Positions 12,779 through 25,640 of a stretch of DNA of 64,000 nt are shown here, in pieces. A program made the position numbers and the translations under genes. The first letter of the stretch is position 1, and each line of letters begins with the position of its first letter. The stretch lies in NCBI RefSeq assembly GCF_006345805.1, contig NC_043000.1:125240001-125304000 (forward strand), read 5' to 3'. This DNA is from Octopus sinensis (lineage: Eukaryota). The notes under the pieces were generated by a model. The model saw only the letters and a list, made by a program, of their open reading frames with translations, was not told where the DNA came from and searched no databases.

Positions 12779-12949
12779 ATATATATATTATATTTTGTGA
12801 AATTTGATTTAGTATTTCTAAATTGAATTTTTCCCTAAATATATACCAGAGTAAGCACATATTTTTTTATATTTTGTATGTGGAAGTGGGGAGGGTGGAA
12901 AGACTGGACATGGAGGTATTGTTGAAGAGAGAGAGAAAGAGGCAATGGC

Positions 12950-12963
12950 CAGTGGTGGTGGTG

Positions 12964-13004
<41 letters not shown>

Positions 13005-13155
13005 CATTGTTATTGTTCTTCTTAATAAGATTAATAATATGGCTGAAGAAGAAGAAGAAGAAGAAGAAGAAGAAGAAGAAAAAGAAGAAGAAGAAGAAGA
13101 AGAAGAAGAAGAAGAAGAAGAAGAAGAAGAAGAAAAAGAAGAAGGTGGAGGAGGA
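12950..13155. repeat. (GTG)n(GTA)n and (GAA)n microsatellites
   Basis: Directly visible; source of the poly-Glu/Lys/Phe pseudo-ORFs. Confidence 0.92.
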
Positions 13156-13879
13156 GGACAGAAAGGGAAAGACAGAAAGAAAGAAAGAAAGAAGAGTGGA
13201 AGAGGAGGAGACATGATGGAAAATAAGAAAAGTAGAAAAAGAAAAGAAGTGGAAAAAGAAAATCACCGTGAACCAAAAGAAAATAAAGAGAAAAGAAGAA
13301 TCGTAATAAAAATGTACGACATCAGTGATGGGAATGGTGAAGGAGATACAAATGATGAAGAATGCATGAAGAAAGCAATGCAAAGCTAAGAGAAGGAAAG
13401 CCAAAAAGTGAGGGATAGACACAAGAATTCCTCAATGGTATGATAGATTCTTTCTCTCACTTTTTTTTCTCTTGTTTGTTTTTTTTTCCATTTATTTTCT
13501 TCTTTTTTTCTGTATGTAGTTTCAATGAACTTCACTCTGTGAATTTGGAACCATTCATATATATCATAGCAACAATGAAATGTTGAAAATAAATTCGTAA
13601 AATATAGTTCAACAAAAAAAATTAAAAATTAAAAAAGAAAAGAAGGAAGAGAATAGAGAAAAGTTCCAGCAAATGTACCAAGAAATTTGGTATGTTTAAC
13701 CTGAAGTTTGTTGAGAATCTTGCCAAATATGGTCATAATCTATAAATATCAATCAACTCTAATCATCTATATTTAGTATTTACTTATATAAGATTTTCAA
13801 GGTGGCAGAGACGAGTGAGCATGAGTAAAGACTAATCTCTTCATTCAGATTCCAGCAGATAAACATTCCTGCATTCTTT

Positions 13880-14520
13880 TATTTGTTTCAGTCATATGAC
13901 TATGGCCATGCTGGAGCTCCACCTTTAGTCGAACATATCGACCCCAGGGCTTCTTCCTTGTAAGCCTAGCACTTTTCCTATTGGTCCCTTTTGCCAAACT
14001 GCTAAGTTACAGGGACGCAAACACACCAGCATCAGTCGTCGAGTGATGGTGGAGAGGACAAACACAGACACACAAATACACACACACACGTATGTGTATA
14101 TACATACATATATATATATATATATATTTAAATATACATACGATGGGCGGGCTGCAAGGTGGCAAGCTTGCAGAATCGTTAGCATGCTGGGCAAAATGCT
14201 TAGCGGCATTTTGTTATGAGTTCAAATTCCGCCGAGGTCGACTTTGCCTTTCATCCTTTCAGGGTCGATTAAATAAGTACCAGTTACGCACTGGGATCAA
14301 TTCAATCGACTTAATCCCTTTGTCTGTCTTTGTTTGTCCCCTCCATGTTTAGCCCCTTGTGGGCAATAAGGAATTATATATATATATACATACACATATA
14401 TACGATGGGCTTCTTTCAGTTTGCGTTTACCAAATCCACTCACAAGGCTTTGGTCGGCTCGAGGCTATAGTAGAAGACACTTGCTCAAGGTGCCATGCAG
14501 TGGGACTGAACATGAAACCA
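13880..14520 (-). mobile_element. SINE family C with a nested family B SINE (about 14153-14388, +)
   Basis: Family C halves flank GGCAAGCTTGCAGAATCGTTAGC...GAGTTCAAATTCC. Confidence 0.8.
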
Positions 14521-15319
14521 TTTATTTATTTCATTTAAATTATGTAAAATCTTGACGTTTTTTTGTTTTTGTTTTGATTTGTGTTTTTGGTATTATTCAG
14601 TGCAAGAATGGGGAAAGAGGAAAAGGTGGGGGTTAGTCTCCATCACCTTAGCCAGACTTCCCAGTCTAGTGAGTTTGTTATTATTGTTGGTAGTGGTGGT
14701 AGTGGTGATGGTAGTGTTACTGCTGCTGCTACTGATGACAACCATTGACCATTTTTTATTACTCCTGATCCCGCTCCTCTTCTTCTTCTTCTTCTTCTTC
14801 TTCTTCACCATCCTCCTCCTCCTCCTCCTCCTCCTCATCATCATCATCATCATCATACATATAACTTAACTATCTTCGATTTTTTATAAGATGTATTGTT
14901 TTTAAATCAAAGGAAATTTTTTTTTTTGTAAATGAGATAGACAGTTTATTTAGAATGATAATTTTTAAAACAAGGAATTATACAAAATTATCTTGCAGAC
15001 ATCACACATGTATATGTATATGCTTCCTTTTCGAATCTTCTTTCCTTTAGTGTCTCTATTTTTTCAATATCCGAGTTAACTCTTTTAAATCTAAATGAGT
15101 AAAAGTACATTTCAATTTCTATAATAAAAAAAATAAAGGAAACAAGATAAAAGAACTTTTTTGTATAATTAACACAGCGTATATAATTAAAAAAAGGAAA
15201 TAAAAATATATACTCTGAAATGAAACGCCATGTCAAAATAATTGATCCATTTAAATTTCTATTTTGTAATCATATTGTTTATGCTCATCTTAAACAGACA
15301 ATGTTTAATCTCTCAGATG

Positions 15320-15420
15320 CTCAAAATGTCCCTTCAACATTGCAACATTCTTCAAACTTCTTGAGAACACTCTGACACACAGTGCGGCACAAATTCTGAC
15401 CTCCATCAATTTCAGTGAAT
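15320..15420 (-). mobile_element. Tc1/mariner transposase C-terminal remnant
   Basis: TFTEIDGGQNLCRTVCQSVLKKFEECCNVEGTF resembles the Tc1/maT C-terminal helix pattern. Confidence 0.45.
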
Positions 15421-15458
15421 GTGTCATTGTGTTATTGTGGTTGTTATTGTGCTGCTGC

Positions 15459-15490
<32 letters not shown>

Positions 15491-15514
15491 ATCTGTAGTT
15501 AGTTAATGTGTGCA

Positions 15515-15900
15515 GGCATGGCTGTGTGGTAAGAAGCTTGCTTCCCAACCATTTGATTCTGGGTTCAGTCACACTGTGTGACACCTTGGGCAAGTGTCTC
15601 CTACTATAATCCTCAGGCCAACCAAAGCCCTGTGAGTGGATTTGGTTGACGGAAACTGAAAAGAAGCCTGTCATGTGTGTGTGTGTGTGTTTGAGTGTGT
15701 GCGTTTGTGTTTGAGTGTTTGTGTTTGTCCCACCACCATTGCTTAATAACTGATGTCGGTGTGTTTAACGTCCCTGTAACTTAGCAGTTTGGCAAAAGTG
15801 ACTAATGGAATAAGTCCTGGTGGGTCAGTTTGTTTGACTAAAGGCGGTGCTCCTGCAGGGCCACAATCAAATGACTGTAAAAGAACAAAAGAATAAAAGA
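15515..15900 (+). mobile_element. SINE family C
   Basis: Head GCAGGCATGGCTGTGTGGTAAG..GGGTTCAGTC; tail AAAAGAATAAAAG. Confidence 0.82.
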
Positions 15901-16220
15901 ATATTGTTTAAGTCCCACTTCATCCCAACTCAGACAGCCCCATGACTACAAATCAAAATACTAATTTCATATTGACTATATATATTGATCATAAATACTA
16001 ACCATATATTATCTATAGCACTTGTACTGGTGCTGCATAAAAGCACCCAGTATACTCTGTAAAGTGGTTGGTGTTAGGAAGGGCATCCAGCTGTAGAAAC
16101 CAAACCAAAACAGACATGGAGCCTGAACAGCCCGTTAGCTGATCAGTCTCTGTTGAATCATCCAACCCATGCCAGCATGGAAAACAGACGTTAAATGATG
16201 ATGATGAAGATGAAGATGAC

Positions 16221-16259
<39 letters not shown>

Positions 16260-17040
16260 ACAAAGTATCAGTATAATAAAATATCGATATAATAATACTG
16301 ACTATATGTTGACTATATGCTAAAATATCAACTTTATAATATTGACAATATATTGACTGTATATTAAAATATATAGTCACAATATATCGATTATATAAGA
16401 CATCGTTTTATGAAGAACTATCTTCACTTTGGCACATTTCAAGCTATTGGTTTCAAAGACGTTGTAATTCTTATAGATCTTCCTTTATTTATTTGCCAAT
16501 TTTTTTAGTTAGAATTTCATATATTTCAGGTTTTCATTGATTAACAACGTCTGCATCACTTCCTTTTACTCTTTTGCTTTTGGGAAAGCTGCAGGCTATG
16601 AAGAACTTCTCTGTACAAAAACCTGTCTTGAATATCAAGATTGTTCCATTTTGACAGATTGAGCAAAACCATTGCATTAAATTCCACTAAATTTTAATCT
16701 CAATGTTCTCTAAGCTTACCGTTTCTAACTCTGCAACAGCTAGTAACTGACTTTCTCCAGATTATCTCTCGATGAATTTTAGATGCTTACGATAAATCTG
16801 ATGAATATGCTGGTGGTGTTGGTGATGGTGGTGAAGGTGGTGATCAAGGCAGTAGCAACAGTGTTGGTGGTGGTGGTAGTGGTAGTGGTGGTGGTGGTAG
16901 CGGTAGTGGTGGTGGTGGTTGTGGTGGGAGGAGGGGTGGCAGTGACAGTGGTGGTGGAGGTGGTTGTGGGGAGCAAACTTTGGGTTCAATTTTCTCTGTG
17001 TCAAGCCTTAAATTTACTATTCTTTTGACACTCTTCTGAC

Positions 17041-17500
17041 ACAGTTCTATATTTACGAGATGAGGAATTATGTACATTATTTACATTATTTACATTTGAC
17101 GTGGCCAATGCCAGCACTGCCTGGGCTGCTTTTGTGCCAGTGGCACGTAAAAAGCACCAACCGATCATGGCCGTTGCCAGCCTCCTCCGGCCCCTGTGCT
17201 GGTAGTACGTAAAAAGCACCCACTACACTCATAGAGTGGTTGACATTAGGAAGAGCATCCAGTTGTAGAAACACTGCTAGATCAGACTCCTGGTGCAGCC
17301 TTCTGACTTCCCAGTCCATGGTTGAACCGTCCAACCCATGCTAGCATGGAAAACAGATGTTAAACCATGATGATGATGATGATGATCTTGTTTGTTGTTA
17401 ACACAACGTTTCGGCTGATATACCCTCCAGCCTTCATCAGAAGTCTTGGGGAAATTTCAAACCTGGGTTCTCATTCCTAAGGTATTTTTCAATGTTATTA

Positions 17501-17538
<38 letters not shown>

Positions 17539-17597
17539 ATTATAATTATTATTATTATTATTATTGTTCAGGTCACTGCTTGGAATTGAACTTGGAA
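17041..17597 (-). mobile_element. Second copy of the tRNA-head/(AAT)n/hammerhead-tail SINE, 5'-truncated, interrupted at 17101-17386
   Basis: Same B-box-GCAGTGACCTGAA-(AAT)n-CATTGAAAAATACCTTAGGAATGAGAACCCAG junctions as the 6130 copy; 3' end lies at 17041-17100. Confidence 0.75.
17400..17445 (-). ncRNA. Minimal type I hammerhead motif (no monomeric stem III, AACGTT palindrome)
   Basis: Minus strand: GACTT-CTGATGA-A-GGCTG-gagggtatat-CAGCC-GAAAC-GTT-GTGTT. Core intact, one extra A before stem II, one mismatch in stem I. Confidence 0.62.
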
Positions 17598-18608
17598 CTT
17601 TGGTGTAATTTGTTCCAGCTTAGCAAGAATTCTTGTTCTTACTCCTGCATCTTCTTCTGCAGTTTGTCCCTGAATAAATATCAGGCACTTGAATATGGCT
17701 GGTGTTAACTCATCCAGTTGAACTTTTCACATTCTCTGTTAACTCTATCAGCATATGTGCAGTAATCTTCCTCATTATTCTTCCTACATTCAAATATTTC
17801 CAGTGTGTATTGAACAACAAGCTTTTCTCACTAAAAATTTTACACAATAGGTCTACTGTATTGCTAAAGTTTATGTCACAAGGTTTTTTCAGGAATACAT
17901 AATTACTGTAATGTTCATGTTCTCCTGCTGCCAGTTTTCTTAGAGTTAGATGCATTTTCATATCAGTGTCTCAATCTTTGCACACTTTATTGAAGATCTG
18001 TTCATATCTTCTACAATACACCTCGAAATTAACTCCTTCGTCTGGTTCATATTTAAACATCTTTTCAGCATTTTTGGATGACTTACTATTCATTAATTGC
18101 AGTATTTGTTGTTGTAATAGTAATTGTTGTTGGTGCTTGCAGTTGTTGTTGTTGCTGTTGCTGTTGCTGCTGTTGCTGCTGTTGCTGTTGAGCGAAGCGG
18201 TCTTCGTCCCAGTGGGAGAAGTCCGAAACGTGGTCCGCAGAAGGGAAAGCAGGTCAACCCCCGACACCAAGAGCATCGACGGGTGGATGATTGCGCATCC
18301 AGGCTCAGCAGTTGCATAAGAAGTCGGGGACAAGAAACAGGAAGAAAGAGTAAGAGAAAATTAGAGCGAAAGAGTACAACAGGGGTTGCCACCACACCCT
18401 GCCGGAGCCTTGTGTAGCTTTAGGTGTTTTTGCTCAATAAACACACACAACGCCCAGTCTGGGAATCGAAACCGCGATCCTCTGACTGAGAGTCTGCTGC
18501 CCTAACCAGTGGGCCTTTGCACCTCCACTGTTGTTGCTGCTGTTGTTCCTGCAGTTGTTGTTGCTGTTTTTGCAACTCAAGCAAACCAGCCAACAATTCT
18601 TCCATAAT
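17598..18608 (-). pseudogene. Decayed Ty3/Gypsy gag (K02A2.6-like) with poly-Gln tract, split by a SINE
   Basis: MEELLAGLLELQKQQQQ... FKYEPDEGVNFEVYCRRYEQIF... LRKLAAGEHEHYSNYVFLKKP... and, after frameshifts, TYADRVNRECEKF, FKCLIFIQG, VRTRILAKLEQ. Confidence 0.75.
18192..18528 (-). mobile_element. tRNA-derived SINE inserted in the gag (CAA/CAG)n tract
   Basis: Head GGAGGTGCAAAGGCCCACTGGTTAGGGCAGCAGACTC...GGTTTCGATTCCC; tail runs into CAACAG repeats. Confidence 0.75.
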
Positions 18609-18712
18609 TTTATGATTTTGTATGCTGTAAAATTTGCACAAAAACTTTTGTGAGTTTGTTTAATCCTCATAAGTTTGTTAATTTCTTGTGAGTTTGTTAA
18701 TTCCTCATCCAA

Positions 18713-18900
18713 TGTCTGACAACTATGACTTCCACTCCGGTATAGCAGTTTAGTTAGTTAGACAAGTAAAGACACAACTATCTATGACCAACTTCACCGA
18801 CTCTCAACCGCTTGACTTCCTACATCACAGCATTTGTAACAACTGTCACATTCCACTCGTCATGTGGGAGGGGTGTTGCATCATTATTATCCTCATAACA
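18713..18900 (-). mobile_element. 5' LTR (188 bp, TG...CA) of a Ty3/Gypsy element, followed by PBS-like TTGGATGAGG
   Basis: Minus strand starts TGTTATGAGG, ends GTCAGACA, and lies directly upstream of the gag remnant. Confidence 0.65.
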
Positions 18901-21900
18901 AATTTTTATTTATTTCTATGTTTTCAGGTGACCAAAAGCTACAAATGTTTTCTGCATTAGAGTCAACATTTATGAATTAATCTATAAAATTTAGCTTATT
19001 GCCTAGAATTATGAATGGTGGGATCCATTGTGAGAAGTTCTTGGAGGAGTTGTGACCTTACCTTTATTACACCTATGCTATCTGCCAAACTGAATGTAGG
19101 AGAATATGTTCTAGGAGAGAGATCATGCACTCTTGTTCACTAGTCCTTGATTATGTCAACATAATGTAGTTAATAGCATGTATTGGATCTCAAATGCTAG
19201 CGGAAATCCTATAGCACCGTTCCTTTAAGTTAAACAATAAATATTTATGGGACACCCACATAAGATTCTCAAAAATCATGAGAAAGTATAACTACAGTAT
19301 TGATTAAGTATATCTCCTTAACTACAAAAAGAATGAAAACAACAATCTGAAAATGAATTGATCTTCCATATTTCGGTGTAGCAGTCTAAATTAGTTTACA
19401 AATTAGTTCCCCTATGGGATGAGGGGTATCTATGTTTCCTTAGAATTCTCCATAATACTTCTCTTTGGTAATATCAGAGGCTTTCAAAAAATCAATATCT
19501 ACCACAAACAGAAGCTGTGTTCAGAACGTTTCCCCCATCAATTACCTTGCTATGAATATTATATTATTTGAACCTCTACATGTCCTAAAACCATGCTCAA
19601 ACTCAAATGTTTGTAGAGGACATACAATTTTGTTTAAGAAGCAAAAAATTTTTTAGAAAACCTATTTCTAATTTCAATAAAAAGAGGTTTTCTACAGTAA
19701 TTACAATGTGCAGGGTTCGTGCATATCAAGTATACTGAACATTGGGTTTGGTCGTTTTGGAATAAGTTTTTTTTGTTTTATACTGTTTTGTAATTTATAA
19801 GCTGATATTATTTGTTTGCTTTGGTGTTCTTACTAGTAGTAATAAGCTAGTAGATTCTCCTGCAATGTTTATATTTTTAACTCCATTGACATTGCCAAAC
19901 TGAATGGTACTGACCTGTCCAGGTGTTGAAACCATAGTGATACTCATTTGGCAGCTGATGATGGGAATACACATTTTTTATGCTTGATTGTGAATTTCTT
20001 ATATCTTAGTCTCATTATTTTCATAAAATAGAAAGTGTTTGTGGGTTCATAGTTTTCGGACATGACTTATATTTGTATTGGTTGGTTTTTACTCATAGGT
20101 AATCTAATTAGGCTTAGATAACATTTAAATATTGGTGTGTAGCAAGTCATTATAGGTGGCAATATGACGTAATGGTCATTTGCCTGAACAAGCATAATTG
20201 TTGAGTATCTCATTGGTTAAAATTACTGCCAATGTACAAATTCTAAACTTTCATCAAAGAAATGTTTCATGAAATACAGTTCTTAGAATTTGGATATGAG
20301 CAGTTATAAAAAACCCTGATTTTCAGGAAATTACTCAGTGTTCAATGGGTGTTACTAAACTCCACGACACTCACGACAGTGTTCATACAATTGTTACTAA
20401 ACTCCATGACACTCACTCATTGAGATATTGGCTATTTTTTATGCCATGTCTATGATAAGAATCCAACAAGACTTATTTGCATTGTTGTGAACTCTAGAAA
20501 TGACTTTACTTTCCAATTGTACTATAAATGCTAAATGTATGTAAATAAAATAATGTAGCAATAATTTTCTCTTTCTTCACGTTCTTCAAATTGTTAATGA
20601 AATTTATTTCTACAATTATAAAACTGTATTTTTTTATAGCAGTTAAAAGAACACAAATTTATTTAGCTTCAACATACATGCATACATAAAATGTCTGTTA
20701 GCGTTTCAGAGTATATATTTCTTGCTATGGCATTTACATAGCTGGAGTCAAGATTTAAATATAATGATAACACTTATAAGTAAGTTATAAGTGACGTGTT
20801 TATCAATATATATTCCTACTTCGAAAGTAAAATATATTTATTATCTATTTCCAAATGGGAAACATATAAAAATAGTGTTACACAAATGGTAACAAAACGT
20901 GGCTATAAAAAGTGGTGACCAGCTATAGGTGTCTAGATTTAGGAGGTTCTGTGGTGCGTAAATACTTACTTTACTTAAACCTTGCACTTTCTCTGGAGAA
21001 CAGACTATTGGTAACTGTTCTTGTCAACATTCTCAACTCTGGTCTCTTTACTTCTCCTAAGTTTTGTTGATTTCGAATTGTCATTAATGCTTCTGTGACT
21101 TTGTTTTCTTTTCTAGGTAGGTATTTTGACCCTACACAAACCCATTTTTACCTCTAGGAAACCATGGGCCATATTAGTCTGGTTTGTATCCTTTGGCCTG
21201 TCCAATGAGCAAAGCCCAACCAGGAGCTTGCATTCTGTTGGGATAGCTCTCGGGATCACAGAAGTAGACAAGCCGCCATACTGTAACAAGGACTGTACCT
21301 TGTGATGGAAGACATAAATAAGTTATATTCAATAATTTCATCCTTGACCTCTTCATCCATAGTGAAGGCAGTTGATTTAGCAGCCCTGTTCTATCTGAAC
21401 TGCTATTACTTATTGTAGCCCCCAAAACAGCTTAATTTAAAACCACTTCCTGACTCATGGCTGCCTTTAATGGAGTTGACTTTGTTCCAAACACTTCAGA
21501 CAAGGCTCCCAGCATGAAAATATGGTATCATGATCTTTTGACATACTGACTCCATTGCTGTTTCCTATGCAGGGTACAATCATTTGACTAAGGGTACACA
21601 GAGAAAAGGTTTTCTAGTAGAAGCTCCCAGTCAGATACTGCAAGGGACCAGCTTCATGGGTGACACTTCAAGAGACTGCCCTGTGAAGTAGCACATAGCA
21701 GTATATCTCTTCCATCCCTGATTATGACTGGGGGTCCAGCAAGTTTAGGATATCAGGATTCCCATCCATGATCACTAGACTATTTGCAGGTAAACAAATC
21801 AGTGTAATGACTCATTAAATGTTCTAACCCCACTACCACTACCATACACACACTAAATCAAGTCAAAACTATTTTGAAGAAATATATAAGAAATACAATT

Positions 21901-22129
21901 ATACATAATCCTCCAGATAATTCCTCTATTTTCTTTTGAAAATTCTTGGACTCTCCTTAAGCTTGATACACAATATTTATTAAGTGAAAGCATTCATATC
22001 TGTTGTTTCATCTATGTCCTTCTTTATATTGCACCAACTCAGGGAAAGTCCACCAGGAATTTTTTCTTCTCCATTCCATCAGTCTGATTGCCACATATGC
22101 ATAACACCAAGCATGAAAGAACATCTGGT

Positions 22130-22372
22130 TACTCAAAACCAATAAGGTCATCAGCCCAAACAATATCTCTTGTGTCACTTTTAAATAGTGTGTCTGAGAC
22201 CTCACATCTGAGGACAGATGTGAGATCTCTTTAATTTTTCTCTCACTCTCTCTACTAGAATATGTCCTGATCATTGGAAACTGTTTACATACAGCATGTG
22301 CCATCCTCAAAACAGGAAACCTTTCAGATCCTGTCAACTATCAACCTATCACTCTCAAAAGTGATAGAAACA
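22130..22372 (+). mobile_element. CR1/L2/Jockey-type RT N-terminal remnant
   Basis: KVISPNNI...CPDHWK...LKTGNLSDPVNYQPITLKS. Confidence 0.65.
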
Positions 22373-23018
22373 TCATCATCATCATCATCATCATCATTGC
22401 TTAATGTCTGTCTTCCATGCTAGTATGGATGGGATGGTACCTTAAGAGCCAGCCAAGCCAAAGACTGCACCAGACCTTTGTGGCTGACTTGGCAGGATTT
22501 TTACAGCTGGATTCCCTTCCTAACACCAACCACTCAGTAGAGTGGACTCAGTGCTTTTTATGTGGCACAAGCACAGGCAAGATCAGTTTTGGAAAGGTTT
22601 TTACAGCTGGATGCACTTCCAAACACCAATCACTTTACAGTGTGGACTGTGTGCTTTTAAGTGGCACCTGCATTGGCAGGGTCACCAAGTACTTGCAAGA
22701 CATAAAAAAAAAGTTGTTAACAAAATACATTCTTTAACGCCTTTGCTCTTTAACCCTTTCCAGCTGCCATAAATCATTTTCTATGATTTCTATAGAATCT
22801 GATTCATTGTGGAGGGGAACCTTCTTCCTAGAAAATTTTGGTGAAAATAATTCAGTAAGATATTGAATTGTGTATAGTATGAAAATTTCTAGATAACTCT
22901 GCCCACTTTTGGGGTTCATCCCAACTCCTGTCCCTTGCATAAAATGCTTTCAGTTGCATCATACTATCATATAGTGTTCACATAGGGACCTTCCTGTCGC
23001 TGATGTAATGCCACTTAC

Positions 23019-23155
23019 ACTCTTCATTCTGTGCATTATCATCCCTTCTTTCAATGCTAGTTCCAGTGCAAATGATACCATTCTATAATCCAGTTCTCCT
23101 TTTGCATATGCACTGAATTTCCATGCAATTAAAACCCTGAGAGTAATTTCAAATG
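23019..23155 (-). CDS. Candidate internal exon of an unknown gene
   Basis: tttag|CA TTT... open for 45 codons (FEITLRVLIAWKFSAYAKGELDYRMVSFALELALKEGMIMHRMKS), then |gtaagt. Alternative acceptor at 23136. No confirmed homology. Confidence 0.25.
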
Positions 23156-23380
23156 CTAAATTATGATATCCTTTGGTGAGGTAATTTCATAAACTTTGAT
23201 CAACACTTTATCCATTTATCAATTTTATTTTATGACCATACATCTGCCTTACACATTCAAATTTACTGAATTATTACAAACAAAATATATATATATATAT
23301 ATAAATGTATACACACATATATACATACATGTATATATACATATAGATATATATATACATATATACATACATATATATAT

Positions 23381-24179
23381 ACTAGCAGCATAGCCCGGCG
23401 TTGCCCGGGTATGTAAGAGCCCCTCGTAGGCAACGACTAATCCCAATCTAGTCCTTTCCCTCTAGGGAACGAAGGCGCATGTGTTGGTTGCAATGTCTTC
23501 TCTTCACTCGAATACTTCTGTGTATACGAATGTTCCTAGCTGTCTCTTTGGGCGATAAAAAGGTCGAGTTGTGTCCCCTAGACAGTTTGTGTTTAATACA
23601 CAAATCGGTTTGCTATGTGTGCCACATATGATTTAATTAACCGATTTTTTCTAGTAATAAAGTATCCTATTGGAATAAAAAGGGCCATATAGCTCCTTGG
23701 AGCAGACATGATGCTCACTGTGAATTTAAAAAAAAATTCCTGCCAATTTGTGAAAGATATTGTCGAAAAGATGTCATCTTGAATTTGAACGCGATTTCCC
23801 AAAATGGCATGATTTTATCGATTTTTTCTGATGTTAAGGTATCGCATGGAAAACTAACATCAGAATTAAGTTTCTTAGGGTAACATTAAGCTTCACCATG
23901 AGTTTGGTGAAAATCGATTGCAAGTTGCGAAAACTACAACAGAAAATGTGTTGCATATAAAAAGCTTAGATTCTCGACCCCATGTCGAATTTATCGATTT
24001 TTTCAGAACTGGGGGAACTTTTCAAAATTTTCGCTGCGTTAGTTTTGAATTATGATATTGGGCTATGTGTGTGTCAAGTTTCATCAGAATTGGTTGAAAG
24101 CCGTGGTCAGGGTGAGGGTACAACCTCACAGACACACAGACACACATACAGACAAACTGCCGTTTATATATAGAGAGAT
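23381..24179 (+). mobile_element. Non-autonomous Helentron-associated (DINE-1/HINE-like) element
   Basis: Starts T|ACTAGCAGCATAGCCCGGCGTTGCCCGGGT (subterminal hairpin); ends with ACAGACAC repeats and ACAGACAAACTGCCGTTTATATATAGAGAGAT. Confidence 0.7.
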
Positions 24180-25169
24180 ATATGTGTGTGTATATACACA
24201 CATACATATACATACACACACATACATCTATATATAAGCATATATATATATCATCATCATCATCATCATCATCATCATTGTCATTTAATGTCCACTTTCC
24301 ATGCTGGCATGGGTTGGGCAGTGTGACTGATGATTGCTGAGCCAGAAGGCTCCAATCTGATCTGCCAAAGTTTCTACAGCTGGAAGCCCTTCATAAAGCC
24401 AACCACTCCAAGAGTGTAGTGGGCGCTCTTACATGCCACCGGCATGAGGACCAGTCAGGCGGTTCTGGCAACAACCACGCTCGAATGTTGTTTTTCATGT
24501 GCCACCAGCACATGTGCCAGTAAGGCAATGCTGGCAACGATCATGCTCGAATGATGCTTTTTTTGTGCCACCAGCATGGGAGCCAGTCTGTGGCCCTGGC
24601 AATGATCACACTCGGATGGTGCTATTAATGCTCCACTGGCACGAATGCCAATCAGGCAGTACTGTCATTGGCCACGTAAGTGATTTTGATTTTGATTTCA
24701 CTTGCCTCAACAGGTCTTCGCAAGCAAAGTTTATTGTCCAGTAAATGAGGGGTACTCTTAAGTGGACTGGTTACACCCACTGGCATAGGCCACGGGTTAT
24801 GGTCTCACTTGGCTTGTTGGGTCTTCTCAAGCACAACATATCTCCAAAGTTCTCGGTCACTAGTCATTGCCTTGGTAAGGCCCAATGTTCGAAGGTCATG
24901 CTCATTACCATGTAAATGGCTGAGTACTCCTCAAATACATATGACCTTGACGTAGTTCTCTGGCTGGTTAAGTGTAAGAGAGAATGTGACAAGGCTGACC
25001 CTTTGAATTACAGGTACAATTCATTTTTGCCATCTGAGTGGACTGGAGCAAAGGGAAATAAAGTGTCTTACTTAGGGACACAATGAGCTGCTGGGAATTG
25101 AACTCACAGCTTTAAAGTCATGAGTCGAACACCCTAACCACTAATCCATGCACCTTCTCTCAAACACAA

Positions 25170-25170
<1 letters not shown>

Positions 25171-25229
<59 letters not shown>

Positions 25230-25387
25230 ATAGATAGACAGACAAACAGACAGACAGACAGGCAGGCAGACAGGCAGGCAGACAGGCAGGCAGACAGGAA
25301 GGCAGGTAGATAAATATACAGATACATAGATAGACAGATAGATAGATAAGAGAGACAGACAGACAGAAAGATAGAGAGACAGATAGC

Positions 25388-25448
<61 letters not shown>

Positions 25449-25547
25449 GATGGATGGATGGATGGATGGATGGATGGATGGATGGATGGATGGATGGATG
25501 GATGGTTGGATGGATAGACAGACAGACAGATAGATAGATAGATAGAG

Positions 25548-25605
<58 letters not shown>

Positions 25606-25640
25606 GTAGATAGATAGATAGACAGATAGATATACATATA
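25171..25640. repeat. Compound tetranucleotide microsatellite (GATA/GACA/GGCA/GGAT)n
   Basis: Directly visible; similar tracts at about 31320-31790, 37235-37550 and 50290-50850. Confidence 0.92.

Noticed and set aside
18186-18240. Hammerhead-like CTGTTGA...GAAACGTGGTC on plus
   Set aside because: Core lacks A6, derives from a (CTGTTG)n repeat, has no proper stem II closure, and is antisense to a SINE.
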